Notes under the pieces: generated by a model | Database searches by the model: none | What the model was told of the DNA's origin: nothing | The model's input: the letters and a program-made list of their open reading frames with translations, nothing else | Program-made: the position numbers and the translations under genes | Assembly (NCBI GenBank): GCA_963977015.1 | Contig: CAXBMO010000025.1 | Coordinates: 1-64,000, forward strand | Source of the DNA: an uncultured bacterium | GTDB taxonomy: Bacteria; Verrucomicrobiota; Verrucomicrobiia; Verrucomicrobiales; DEV007 | Direction: 5' to 3' | DNA length: 64,000 nucleotides | Part shown: positions 10,736-20,698 of the stretch, in pieces | Position numbering within the stretch: position 1 is the first letter of the stretch | Layout: each line of letters opens with the position of its first letter

Positions 10736-11656
10736 TTGTCTCAACCCCCTGTAGAAGCCAATCCTGTTGCGCCCACCGAAGCCACCGAAACCCGGTTACT
10801 CGTTAGCTATGGTTTCGACTTGGCCCGTCAGTTAGGCATCCAAAAAGTATTGGTGTTGGCAAATCTGGTGATTGACCGAAAATTGGTCGAGAAGCATCGA
10901 GATCGCGAGCGTTTGATCTGGGTGACTCACGAGGAGGACAGCAGTCTCAAAACTTCGAACGAAGATTATCAGGTAACCATCCCTGAAAGCAGTTTCGACC
11001 GGATGGATCAACTGACTCTTGCCCTAATGATGGCCGTGATGAGCAGCGCGGTCGATGTGGAGGAGTCGGTGGTTTGCCTGACAGGGACAGCAGGCTCAAA
11101 ACGTCTGGATACCCTCCTCATTGCGAACCCGAAACGCGACTTTCCCTGGTTCGCTCGAACACCTGCCGATGAGGAGCGCGAGCAACTGCGAAGTCGCGAA
11201 TTCGTTCGACTCATCGAAATTGCGGTCAAATTGGCGTCTGAGGGACGCGAGGGAAAACCCATCGGCACCATCCTGGTACTAGGTGAAACCGCAGAGATCG
11301 AGAAACACATTCGCCCTCTCATTCTCAACCCCTGTTCCGGCCATCCTCGACGTGCCCGCAACATTCACGATCCTTCTTTTCTCGAAACGATTCGTGAGCT
11401 TTCCGCAATCGACGGTGCCTTCGTCATCGATCCCAAAGGTGTCGTTGAGCATGCTGGAGTCTACCTTTCGGCGCCACTTCGGAAGAAGATCAAAATTGAA
11501 AAGGGGCTCGGTTCACGACATTTGGCGGCCGTATCCCTTACGGGCGTGGCAAATGCGATCGCAATTGTCGTCAGCGAGTCTTCGGGCCGAGTCACCGTCT
11601 ACTCTCAAGGCGCCCAGGTCATGGCGCTCGAAAGTCGCCGAGCGAGTTCGAACTAA
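10736..11656 (+). CDS. Diadenylate cyclase (DAC/DisA_N domain, DacZ/CdaZ-like, no TM segments)
   Basis: EGREGKPIGT, ELSAIDGAF (DGA), GLGSRHLAA (RH motif), VVSESSG; TTG start uncertain. Confidence 0.85.
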   Translation: MSQPPVEANPVAPTEATETRLLVSYGFDLARQLGIQKVLVLANLVIDRKLVEKHRDRERLIWVTHEEDSSLKTSNEDYQVTIPESSFDRMDQLTLALMMAVMSSAVDVEESVVCLTGTAGSKRLDTLLIANPKRDFPWFARTPADEEREQLRSREFVRLIEIAVKLASEGREGKPIGTILVLGETAEIEKHIRPLILNPCSGHPRRARNIHDPSFLETIRELSAIDGAFVIDPKGVVEHAGVYLSAPLRKKIKIEKGLGSRHLAAVSLTGVANAIAIVVSESSGRVTVYSQGAQVMALESRRASSN

Positions 11657-11704
11657 GTCCACCGCGCTTGATTCTCACTTCGATCGAAGTAGAGTCCCCG
11701 CCCG

Positions 11705-12703
11705 ATGCTTCCCTGGCTTTCCCAGAAAACCCTTCCTTTGTATCTCGCGCCGATGGCGGGAGTTACGGACTTGGTCTTTCGACGACTCTGCAAAGAGTTG
11801 GGAGCTGACGTGATGGTGACCGAGTTTGTCTCCGCCGAGGGAATCATTCGGAGAGATGACCGGACCCGCAAATACACCGACTTTGAAGATTTTCAGCGAC
11901 CCGTCGGCGTCCAGCTTTTCGGAGCAGATGGTGAGCGTATGGGTGAAGCCGCCAGGAAAATCGTTGATTGGAAACAACCCGACTTCATCGACATCAATTT
12001 TGGATGCCCGGTGAACAAAGTGGTTTCCAAGAACGGCGGCTCGTCGCTTTTGCGCAACTGCCCGCTCCTGGCGGAAGTGGCATCCGGCGTCGCTAAAGCG
12101 GTTGGAGATCAGGTTCCGGTGACCGCAAAAATTCGCACCGGCTGGGATACCCATTCCATCAACGCGCCTGAGGTTTGCAATATCTTGGCCGATTGCGGAA
12201 TTCAGGCGGTCTCGATTCACGGAAGGACCCGTTCAATGGGATACTCGGGAGAAGCTGATTGGGATATCATTGGCCAATGCGCAGAGTCCTCGCCGATTCC
12301 TGTGATTGGGAACGGAGATATCGGCAGTGGGCGTGACGTTGAGCAACGAACCCGCGAAACTCGCGTTCGCGGCCTTATGATCGGTCGCTCAGCGATGAAT
12401 TATCCGTGGATCTTTCGGGAGGCGAAGCACTACCTCCAAACCGGCAAGCAGATGGAACCAGTGACCCCGGAGGAACGATGGTCCCTCATTCGGAGGCATT
12501 GCCGCATGGCGCTTGAATACGGCCGGTATGGCAACGAAAAGCAAACCATGCAGTCGATGCGTGGCCGATTGATGGCCTATTCGAAGGGTTTGCGAGGCGG
12601 AAAGTTGCTCCGCCAACGCTTTTGCAAGGTCGAATCCTTGATGGAATTGGAGGGGATTGCCGGTGCCTACCTCGAAGATGAGCGGCTTCTCGAGGCCGCC
12701 TGA
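11705..12703 (+). CDS. dusB: tRNA-dihydrouridine synthase B
   Basis: LAPMAGVTD, QLFG, DINFGCP, KIRTG, IHGRT, IGNGDI. Confidence 0.92.
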   Translation: MLPWLSQKTLPLYLAPMAGVTDLVFRRLCKELGADVMVTEFVSAEGIIRRDDRTRKYTDFEDFQRPVGVQLFGADGERMGEAARKIVDWKQPDFIDINFGCPVNKVVSKNGGSSLLRNCPLLAEVASGVAKAVGDQVPVTAKIRTGWDTHSINAPEVCNILADCGIQAVSIHGRTRSMGYSGEADWDIIGQCAESSPIPVIGNGDIGSGRDVEQRTRETRVRGLMIGRSAMNYPWIFREAKHYLQTGKQMEPVTPEERWSLIRRHCRMALEYGRYGNEKQTMQSMRGRLMAYSKGLRGGKLLRQRFCKVESLMELEGIAGAYLEDERLLEAA

Positions 12704-12808
12704 TCCGGGAGTTTTGTCACCGAAAGCAGGCAAGAGGGTTGCAACTCTGGAAGTTGGACGCTAAGAGCATAGTCCAATCACCTAAGAGAACACTAATACC
12801 CCGTAATC

Positions 12809-13885
12809 ATGCCTACGAAGGTCGGAATTATCGGAGCTGGCGGAATGGTCAGCTATCACTATGACGGATTTACTGCTGCAGGAGCAGAGGTTGCGGCAAT
12901 CGCCGATGTCAATAAAGACGCTGCGCAGAAGGTCGCTGATTCGCGGGGAATTCCGAACGTGTTCGGTGATGTCGCAGAAATGCTCGCCAGCGATATCGAC
13001 GCGGTTTCCGTCATCGTTCCCAACAAATTTCATGGTCCCCTCGCAATGCAGGCTCTCCAGGCTGGCAAACACGTGTTCTGCGAGAAGCCACCGGCCCTCA
13101 GCGCCCCTGAGGTGGAGGAGATGATCCAGACTGCCAACGCCTCCGGAAAGCGCCTGATGTTCAACTTCAACAACCGCGCCCGTCCCGAAAGCTATCAGAT
13201 GAAGTCCTACGTGGATGATGGAACCATCGGGCGAATCAACTCGGCTCAGGCAAAGTGGGTCCGCAGAACCGGAATCCCCGGCTTTGGCGGATGGTTCACA
13301 ACCAAGGCCATGGCTGGTGGCGGCCCGTTGATCGATCTCCTGCACATGATTGACCTTGCCATGTATTTCATGGGATACCCGGAGCCAGCTCACGTCATGG
13401 GCCAGACCTTCAGCGATTTCATCACCGACAAAAACTTCAAGGGACCGTGGGGACTTCCCGACGTGGCCGGCGGAATGACGGACGTGGAGGCTGCTGCTCA
13501 CGGCTTTGTGTCCTTCAAAACCGGTCAGGTCCTCTCTCTTCAGGTCTCTTGGGCCGAAATGGTGAAACGAGAGGAAGTTTCCGTCGTCTTCCAGGGCACC
13601 GGTGCCGGAGGAAAAGTCGAGCGTCTCTTCGGGATTGATGGCTTTGACGAAACCGCCATCGACACTTGTGAGCTCTACGTTCAGGAGAACGGTAATTCCG
13701 TGAATCGCACCATCGTCACGGAAGCTTGCGAAGACATGGGAAGGATTCGCTCCTCCTCCAACTTCATTTTGGCCATCGAAGGTAAGGAAGCGCCTCTCAA
13801 CACTCCGGATCAGGCGTTGTCTCTGATGAAGGTGATTGACGCGATCTACAAGTCTGCTGAGACCGGCGCACCGGTTGCCTGCTGA
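12809..13885 (+). CDS. Cytoplasmic Gfo/Idh/MocA-family oxidoreductase
   Basis: GIIGAG, GKHVFCEKP, GGGPLID. Confidence 0.92.
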   Translation: MPTKVGIIGAGGMVSYHYDGFTAAGAEVAAIADVNKDAAQKVADSRGIPNVFGDVAEMLASDIDAVSVIVPNKFHGPLAMQALQAGKHVFCEKPPALSAPEVEEMIQTANASGKRLMFNFNNRARPESYQMKSYVDDGTIGRINSAQAKWVRRTGIPGFGGWFTTKAMAGGGPLIDLLHMIDLAMYFMGYPEPAHVMGQTFSDFITDKNFKGPWGLPDVAGGMTDVEAAAHGFVSFKTGQVLSLQVSWAEMVKREEVSVVFQGTGAGGKVERLFGIDGFDETAIDTCELYVQENGNSVNRTIVTEACEDMGRIRSSSNFILAIEGKEAPLNTPDQALSLMKVIDAIYKSAETGAPVAC

Positions 13886-13952
13886 TTTTTCGCCTCAAGG
13901 CAGCTTCTGCTCGAAAGGCAGTCCCCTTCCCCCTCGTGTTGAGAACGCCTCT

Positions 13953-16124
13953 ATGCGTTTTCTCTTCACCGTCATCTTCTGTTGCCTGATACACTCTGCT
14001 TCGGCGGAATCCGTCAGCTTTCGCAACGATGTGCTGCCGATCCTCAGTGGTGCCGGTTGCAATGCTGGCGGCTGTCATGCCAAACAGGGAGGCCAAAATG
14101 GCTTTCACCTGACGATTTTCGCGTTTGATCCCATCGCGGATTATCGCGAAATCGTGCACAACGCCAAAGGCCGCCGCGTTTTTCCAGCTTCGCCAGACGA
14201 AAGCCTGCTTCTGCTGAAGGCAACTCAACAAGTTCCACACGAGGGAGGCGAACGCTTTGCCGTCGGATCTCGCCATCACCGGATTTTGCGCGATTGGATC
14301 GAGCAGGGCATGCCCTTGGAGATTCCGGGGGAGCCCAGCCTGGATCGGATTTCGGTCGCACCGGAACAGGGACGCTTTCAAAAAGGTGAAACCCAGCAAT
14401 ATGAGGTGACCGCTCATTATTCGGACGGCTCCACCCGCGTCGTGACCGATCTGTCCGAGTTTCAATCGCCGGACCAGGGAATCGTGGCGGTGGATGAAAA
14501 CGGCCTCGCCCAAATCGGCTCAGTATCAGGAGAAGGTGTCATCATTGTCCGGTATCTGGACCGCGTGGAAATCGCCCGAGTTGCCGTTCCTCCGGGAACC
14601 ACGCTGCCAACGTCAACCTACGCGTCCTTACCAAAGCGGAATCGAATTGATGAACTAACCTATGCCAGACATCAGGAGCTGGGTCTTCGAATCTCCGAAC
14701 CAGCCGAGGACTTCGAATTTCTACGGCGCGCGTCGCTGGATGCAACAGGTCGGCTCCCCAGCGTCGACCGGGCTCGCTCCTTCTTGTCCGATCAAAGTGC
14801 AGACCGACGCGAGCGACTGATTGACGAACTTCTCCGCGATCCAAATTGGGCCGATTATTGGGCGACAAAGCTGGGCGATCTTCTGCGCCCCAACACTCAG
14901 AGAGTCGGTGTCAAACCCGTCTACTTGCTGGATCGCTGGATTCGCGCCAAACTGCGAGCCAATACGCCCTGGGATCAATTGGTCAGGGAATTGCTTCTCG
15001 CGACCGGAAGTAGTCACGAATTCGGCCCCGTCGCGGTTCTGCGCAACAAGCGCGAGCCCGATGCCCTGGCGAGTTATGTCAGCCAGGTTTTTCTCGGGGT
15101 CCGCCTGGATTGCGCCAAGTGCCATCATCATCCCAGCGAGAAATGGAGTCAGGATGATTACTACCAAATGGCCGCGTTCTTCTCGGACATGAAGCGCAAG
15201 GGACAGGGCATTTCCGCCCCGATCTCCGGTGAACCCGAGTTTTGGTGGTTTGAAGCGGGTGGTGAAGTCCGGCACCCGGTCACCGACGCCGTCATGATCC
15301 CGAAACCTCCTGAAGGTCCGGTTTTCAGCGATATCCCTGCCGACCAAGACAAACGAAAAGTCCTGGTCGATTGGATGACCAGCCCGAATAACCCATTTTT
15401 TGCCAAGGCGATCGTGAATCGAGTCTGGGGCGAGTTTTTTGGCCGCGGCATTGTTCACCCGGTGGATGATTTCCGAGCTTCGAACCCAGCCGTTAATGAG
15501 CCTCTTCTCGACTGGTTGGCCGAGGACTTCATCGAAAACGGTTTTGATCTTCAACATCTCATGCGTCGAATTCTGAATTCGCACGTTTACCAAATCAGCT
15601 CGATTCCCAACGAGACCAATTTGATCGATTTGCGTCATTTTTCCCGGTCCTATCGCCGCCGTCTCCCAGCAGAAGTGCTTCTGGACGCGGTCTCAGATTT
15701 CACCGGTGAAGCGAACACGTTTCAGGGAGTCGCCTCCCAATCCCGATCCGTCACCACGTGGAACAACAAGCTCCCGTCGACCTTTCTCGATACCTTCGGG
15801 CGTCCGGACTCGAGCGCCGACTGTCCCTGTGAAAGGGATCCAAACCCCACCATGACGCAAACCCTTCACCTGATGAACTCGACGCAGCTCGAGACCAAAA
15901 TCACCCAAGCTGGTGGCCGGATCTCTGAACTTGCCGCGAGCGACAAAGAACCCACCGAAATCATCGAAGAACTCTACCTTGCTGCGTTCTCCAGACTTCC
16001 AACGATCGACGAGATCAAGATCGCCGCGAACCGATTCAACCAGCCTGAATCAAGTCGACTGGATGCCGTTCATGATATCGCGTGGGCGTTGATGAACTCG
16101 GCCGAATTCGTGCTCAATCACTGA
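13953..16124 (+). CDS. DUF1549/DUF1553 (PSCyt2/PSD1) protein with Ig-like domain
   Basis: Signal peptide, SFRNDVLPIL..GCNAGGCH, FLRRASLD, CAKCHHHP, NRVWGEFFGRGIV.PVDD, WALMNSAEFVLNH. Confidence 0.9.
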   Translation: MRFLFTVIFCCLIHSASAESVSFRNDVLPILSGAGCNAGGCHAKQGGQNGFHLTIFAFDPIADYREIVHNAKGRRVFPASPDESLLLLKATQQVPHEGGERFAVGSRHHRILRDWIEQGMPLEIPGEPSLDRISVAPEQGRFQKGETQQYEVTAHYSDGSTRVVTDLSEFQSPDQGIVAVDENGLAQIGSVSGEGVIIVRYLDRVEIARVAVPPGTTLPTSTYASLPKRNRIDELTYARHQELGLRISEPAEDFEFLRRASLDATGRLPSVDRARSFLSDQSADRRERLIDELLRDPNWADYWATKLGDLLRPNTQRVGVKPVYLLDRWIRAKLRANTPWDQLVRELLLATGSSHEFGPVAVLRNKREPDALASYVSQVFLGVRLDCAKCHHHPSEKWSQDDYYQMAAFFSDMKRKGQGISAPISGEPEFWWFEAGGEVRHPVTDAVMIPKPPEGPVFSDIPADQDKRKVLVDWMTSPNNPFFAKAIVNRVWGEFFGRGIVHPVDDFRASNPAVNEPLLDWLAEDFIENGFDLQHLMRRILNSHVYQISSIPNETNLIDLRHFSRSYRRRLPAEVLLDAVSDFTGEANTFQGVASQSRSVTTWNNKLPSTFLDTFGRPDSSADCPCERDPNPTMTQTLHLMNSTQLETKITQAGGRISELAASDKEPTEIIEELYLAAFSRLPTIDEIKIAANRFNQPESSRLDAVHDIAWALMNSAEFVLNH

Positions 16125-16501
16125 TTCTGAATCTCCTCATCGATCGCATATTCCTCCAGGATACTGCGCGTGACGTATTTTAACGCCGCTTCGTGAGTCG
16201 CATGAAGAAATACCGGGGGAGCATAGCCGGCATCCAGCGCCTCCTTCCACCGCGAAGCACAAATGCACCAGCGATCGCCATCCTTCAAACCGGGGAATCC
16301 ATATTCGGGAACAGGTGTGGACAGGTCATTTCCTGCTTCCTTGGAAAAACGGAGAAACTCCTCGTTTACTTTGATGCAAACGGCGTGGCATCCGTGGTCT
16401 TCGTCGCCAGTCGAACAGTTTCCCGTACGATAGAATCCGGTGAGAGGCTCCACGCTGCAGGGAATCAAAGGTTCGCCATAGACATTTCGATCTGGGTGCA
16501 T
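16118..16501 (-). CDS. DUF2237 family protein
   Basis: NVYGEPL.PCS..PLTGFYR.G.C, GNDLSTP, FPGL..GDRWC.CA.RW. Confidence 0.9.
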   Translation of the reverse strand: MHPDRNVYGEPLIPCSVEPLTGFYRTGNCSTGDEDHGCHAVCIKVNEEFLRFSKEAGNDLSTPVPEYGFPGLKDGDRWCICASRWKEALDAGYAPPVFLHATHEAALKYVTRSILEEYAIDEEIQNQ

Positions 16502-16628
16502 GGAGTCAATGAAGCTTCGCATCCTTTCCTGACAAGATCTTTTCATGGGGAGCAACCAGCCTCTCTTTGGGCCGGAATTCCTTGACGAGCGCGAGCGATC
16601 ATCCGAAATGGACGTGCCGCCAGACAAT

Positions 16629-17435
16629 ATGAACCGAATCGATTCCACTTTTGCGAAACTGAAAGAAGCGAACCAATCCGCATTTGTGGCCTACATCGCG
16701 GCCGGAGACCCGAACATGGAAACGACCAAGGCTCTCGCGATTGAGTTTGACCGCATTGGGGTGGACATTTTGGAACTGGGAGTACCGTTTTCAGATCCCA
16801 TGGCGGATGGCAGCGTGAACCAGGCGGCGGCAGAACGCGCCCTCGAGGCTGGGGCGACCGTCCCCGGCGTGTTTCAGGTCATTCGGGAGATCCGCAAGGA
16901 ATCAGAGATCCCAATCGTGTTGTTTGCCTACCTCAATCCTGTTTACAGTTACGGATTCGAGCAATTTTTTCACGACGCGGAAGAAGCTGGAGCCGACGGA
17001 ATTCTCCTTTTGGATCTGCCCCCCGAAGAGCAGGCGGCCAATCAGGAGATGGCCAACGTAAAGGGCCTGCAATGCATCCGCCTCATCGCGCCGACCACGC
17101 CTCCGGATCGGATTCTCTCCATCGCGAAGCAGGCTGAAGGCTTTATTTACTACGTCTCGCGCGAAGGAGTCACCGGAGTCCAAACCACGCTTGCCAAAGG
17201 ACTGGAAGATCAAGTTGCCAAGATTTGTTCAGCCTCTTCGGTTCCCGTCGTCGTCGGTTTCGGGATCTCCCAACCCGAGCAAGCCGCCACCGTGGCGAAA
17301 TGTGCCGACGGCGTCGTTGTCGGCAGCGGTATCGTCAAGACCATCGCCGAGAATCTGGACTCGAACGAACTCATCTCCAAGGTTTCCGCATTCGTCCAGC
17401 CCTTGGTCGACAGCACCAAATCAGCAAGGGCTTAG
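16629..17435 (+). CDS. trpA: Tryptophan synthase alpha subunit
   Basis: AGDP, ELGVPFSDPMADG, DLPPEE, LIAPTT, GFIYYVSREGVTG, VGFGIS, ADGVVVGS. Confidence 0.97.
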   Translation: MNRIDSTFAKLKEANQSAFVAYIAAGDPNMETTKALAIEFDRIGVDILELGVPFSDPMADGSVNQAAAERALEAGATVPGVFQVIREIRKESEIPIVLFAYLNPVYSYGFEQFFHDAEEAGADGILLLDLPPEEQAANQEMANVKGLQCIRLIAPTTPPDRILSIAKQAEGFIYYVSREGVTGVQTTLAKGLEDQVAKICSASSVPVVVGFGISQPEQAATVAKCADGVVVGSGIVKTIAENLDSNELISKVSAFVQPLVDSTKSARA

Positions 17436-17456
17436 GCCGGAGCTTGTCCCGTTCGC

Positions 17457-17488
17457 GTTCCGATAGTTGGCGGTCGCCAATTCGGAAC
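17457..17488 (+). terminator. Stem-loop downstream of trpA (possible terminator)
   Basis: GTTCCGA..TTGGCG/CGCCAA..TCGGAAC nested inverted repeat; weak U-tract. Confidence 0.35.
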
Positions 17489-17561
17489 TTGCATCTCTTT
17501 CTGTCAGGCTGCTAAGCTGTTCCCGTTTCCAGGTTAGGAGACTCCCATTAACTGCGTAGCT

Positions 17562-18224
17562 ATGATCATTTTTGGAACCCGAGGCATCACCACCACTCCC
17601 CAACGCGGCGAATTTCACTGCCCACAATGCGGGGACACCCGAGCCTACAATTGGAAGCGGGTTCGCCGCTTTTTCACCCTCTATTTCATTCCCGTCATTC
17701 CGCTCGACCAACTGGGCGAATATATCGAATGCCCCAGTTGCCAGGGAACCTTTGATACCCGCGTCCTCGAATACGACCCAAGCCACGAAGCGATTCAAAT
17801 TCAGGCGTTGTTCCACGCCTCAATCAAGCAAGTGATGATTGGGATGCTTCTGGCTGACGGAGTCATTGATGATTCTGAAGTGGCCATGGTGCTGCAAATT
17901 TACAACGAATTGACCGGATCCGAACTCCCGGAATTGGAGTTGAGGGAGGAAATTACGCAGATTCAAGCGCAACAGATCGATTGCCTTGAGCTGGCGAAAC
18001 ATTTGGCGCCAACCCTGAACGATAACGGCAAGGAGATCACCATGAAAGCAGCCTATCGGATCGCGGCGGCGGATGGAACGGTGGATCCCTCAGAAATCAG
18101 CCTGCTCATGAAAATCGGACAGGCTCTCCAACTTTCGGCGACGCACGTCAAAGGCATCATGTCCGAGTTCCAGCAGGGAGCGATTGCTCACCAAAACCCA
18201 CCCCAGCCGCCGGCACTTCAATGA
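17562..18224 (+). CDS. Zinc-ribbon + TerB-like domain protein
   Basis: MIIFG, CPQC...FFTLYFIPVIP...CPSC; ADGVIDDSE and AADGTVDPSE TerB motifs. Confidence 0.85.
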   Translation: MIIFGTRGITTTPQRGEFHCPQCGDTRAYNWKRVRRFFTLYFIPVIPLDQLGEYIECPSCQGTFDTRVLEYDPSHEAIQIQALFHASIKQVMIGMLLADGVIDDSEVAMVLQIYNELTGSELPELELREEITQIQAQQIDCLELAKHLAPTLNDNGKEITMKAAYRIAAADGTVDPSEISLLMKIGQALQLSATHVKGIMSEFQQGAIAHQNPPQPPALQ

Positions 18225-18270
18225 GGCCCCGTCGACCTGCGCAAAGGGTGACCGTAAATCATCACGGGAA

Positions 18271-18909
18271 TCAATTGGGCCGGGTCGCCGACAAGTCGCC
18301 AGGGCGCACCGCGACAATGTCTCGCACTTGACGGTCAGTCTCCGATGCACTCTGAAAGCTGCAAGGGCGACGAAGGATTTCGAGAAATCCGGCGCTCAAA
18401 GTATGGAAAAGCTGGTAGTCCGACAGCCTGAAATCCTCGTCAAGCTTGCTGCCTCTCTTCATGCCTTCGCGCAGCTGCTGGATCAACTGCCGGAGGAGTC
18501 CGAGGTTCCGGCGATCGTCCTCCGATAGGGAGCGGCTGCTCGCCAGTTTAAGAAGGAGAGCCTCAAATTCCCCCTCAAGAACCGAGGCCCGGTCGACCAG
18601 GTCCCAGATGTGCGGAGCCTCGAGCGTGAGACTGCCGGATTCCGGATTGACGCGCTTGGCATGTACTTTCCAAATCCGCCAAAGCGCTTTGAACTCCCCG
18701 TGAAGCTTTTGAAAGGTCCGCTCGGCTTCCAGGTCGGACTCCCGGATTCGCTTGCGGATTTCCCAGTAGCTCACGATGCGCTGCCCCACCAACCACGACG
18801 CAGCGAGCACGATCAACGTAGCGACCAGTCGCAATCCCTGAAGGACGATTTCTTCCTGAAACTTATCGGGAAGCTGATCGAGACCAAGTATGGAGATTTC
18901 CGCGAGCAA
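18271..18909 (-). CDS. Hypothetical membrane-anchored protein
   Basis: One hydrophobic helix followed by helical soluble domain; start uncertain. Confidence 0.55.
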   Translation of the reverse strand: MLAEISILGLDQLPDKFQEEIVLQGLRLVATLIVLAASWLVGQRIVSYWEIRKRIRESDLEAERTFQKLHGEFKALWRIWKVHAKRVNPESGSLTLEAPHIWDLVDRASVLEGEFEALLLKLASSRSLSEDDRRNLGLLRQLIQQLREGMKRGSKLDEDFRLSDYQLFHTLSAGFLEILRRPCSFQSASETDRQVRDIVAVRPGDLSATRPN

Positions 18910-19179
18910 AATAGTTCAAAGGTGTTCCGTAAGTCGCCGCAATGCTAGAACGTGGTAGAGGGGCCCGTCAACGTCATCCCCATCAATTAGCAAACTCCCG
19001 CGAGAAGGATTGCAGCGTTGGGTGAATGATGCGATTTGGGTTTACGGCGACACGGAGAGCAGGAAGACGGCGCAGAGGTTCTACCGGTGTTGGCTCTACG
19101 GCGAGGGACACGAGCGGCTCGATGAGAACGCTCCATCTCTTTCTTGTATGGGGTGTAAAATTCGTGGAGAATAAATGAA

Positions 19180-19527
19180 ATGCGAAAAATTTGTCTAGTT
19201 TTGTGCATCGTATGCAGTTTCCTCTTTGGAGCATTGTTTGGTGGCGGCTTATTTAAAAACGTTAAAGGGAAGGGAATGCTCTATAGTTCGTCCTTTACTC
19301 GCATGCCCCCACAATCATCAGAGGTATTTGTTGAGCTGAACGCTGACTTGAAAGAGTTTAGCAAGAGTCTTGGCGGGGGAGATGTAGAATTGTATATCGT
19401 GCCAGACACTATGGGCTACAAGATCGTGAGCCTTGATCAGGTGTCTTATGAGAACCTCAAAAAAATTAGTGACTATGTAGGGAAGAAATTTATAGAGCTT
19501 TCTGATTTGGGGAGGAATATTGAATAG
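19180..19527 (+). CDS. Small hypothetical membrane/secreted protein (AT-richer, immunity-like)
   Basis: N-terminal hydrophobic stretch; codon usage visibly unlike flanking genes. Confidence 0.55.
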   Translation: MRKICLVLCIVCSFLFGALFGGGLFKNVKGKGMLYSSSFTRMPPQSSEVFVELNADLKEFSKSLGGGDVELYIVPDTMGYKIVSLDQVSYENLKKISDYVGKKFIELSDLGRNIE

Positions 19528-19590
19528 AGGGCCTAAAACCATGCCAAAATTGAGGCAAGTGTAACCATGTTCATGCAAGAATAGCCCGTC

Positions 19591-19655
19591 CCTTATTTCT
19601 TATTTTCTCCTTATTTTCTCCTTATTTTCTCCTTATTTTCTCCTTATTTTCTCTT
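19591..19655. repeat. Tandem repeat of 11-bp unit CCTTATTTTCT
   Basis: Four perfect copies 19609-19652 plus degenerate copies at 19591-19608. Confidence 0.95.
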
Positions 19656-19669
19656 AAGAATCGTTTGAT

Positions 19670-20698
19670 ATGACTGTTATCGAAGCCGTTGAGAAGATGA
19701 TGTCGATCCAAAACGACATACCACACCCGAAACGAGCAGATAAATGGCGCAAACTGTTTGAAAGTGATTCTGAGATTGTAACCCTAGCTATTCACCAACT
19801 CATAGGTGGAAACAAAGCAGAATGTGCGGCGGGACTTAGAGTTGCTTGGCTAAACAGGTTGGAACTAAAAGAAGACCTTATTGATAAGATACTAGAATCT
19901 GGTCCTGCCGTTTCAGCAGCGGCCGCCTATTGCGGCGCAATGAATCTACGAAACTTCATTCCGAAGCTGAACCAAATGCTAATTGAAGGACGGTCTGGCG
20001 TATTTGAAACAGTGTTGGGAATTGGCGACCCAAGTTCGAGAGCGGCGTTGGAGTCGGTGTATGATAGACTAATTGCAGGCTACCCAATTAGACGCTCGAA
20101 ATACACGACTCTCCAGGCAATGTGGGCAGTTTCCGAGCTTTCTCAAGCAGTAAACCCTCTTCCTGAAAAAACTACTGGCGTCTACCTTCGTGAGGGAGGA
20201 AAGGGAACGGCTTTCCCAGTTTCAAACGTGGAAGTGCCTACCTGCGACTGCTGCAAAGAACCCATGGTTTGCCTCTTTCGCCTCCCGAAGGTAGCCGATC
20301 CACTGGAGATGCCGGTGTTCCACTGCCCCCGCTGCGATTTTGATGGGGATATCTACCTGGACTTGTCACTCTCACCTCCGCAATGGATTGGGCGTTGCGG
20401 CGGGACGAAAGGAGAGCGGACGCCGGTCAACGGCGGGGTAATTGCCTGGGGCCTCGACATTCAAGGCGCGGAAGACTCGCGAACCTTTCTTGGAGGCGAA
20501 CCGGATTGGGTCCAGGGTGAAGTGGGTGTTGAAAAGGAGTTTCAATGCCCTAAATGCGAACAAAAAATGGAGTTTGTCATCCAGATGGAATCCGACTATG
20601 CAATGGGGACAGGACTGAACTTCTTCCACGGTGGAATCATGTACATCCACCGCTGCCGCGAATGCCACGTTGCGTGTTATTTCTTCCAGACCTCGTAG
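19670..20698 (+). CDS. Hypothetical protein: HEAT-like N-terminus plus Cys-rich YwqG/DUF1963-like C-terminus
   Basis: CDCC, CPRC, CPKC, CREC; FLGGEPDWVQ, MEFVIQ, GIMYIHRC...FQTS pattern. Confidence 0.6.
   Translation: MTVIEAVEKMMSIQNDIPHPKRADKWRKLFESDSEIVTLAIHQLIGGNKAECAAGLRVAWLNRLELKEDLIDKILESGPAVSAAAAYCGAMNLRNFIPKLNQMLIEGRSGVFETVLGIGDPSSRAALESVYDRLIAGYPIRRSKYTTLQAMWAVSELSQAVNPLPEKTTGVYLREGGKGTAFPVSNVEVPTCDCCKEPMVCLFRLPKVADPLEMPVFHCPRCDFDGDIYLDLSLSPPQWIGRCGGTKGERTPVNGGVIAWGLDIQGAEDSRTFLGGEPDWVQGEVGVEKEFQCPKCEQKMEFVIQMESDYAMGTGLNFFHGGIMYIHRCRECHVACYFFQTS

Noticed and set aside
16629-17435. trpA without neighbouring trpB as a novelty
   Set aside because: Dispersed trp genes are common in bacteria; not informative
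19591-19655. Possible CRISPR array
   Set aside because: Contiguous 11-bp units without spacers; no cas genes in the window
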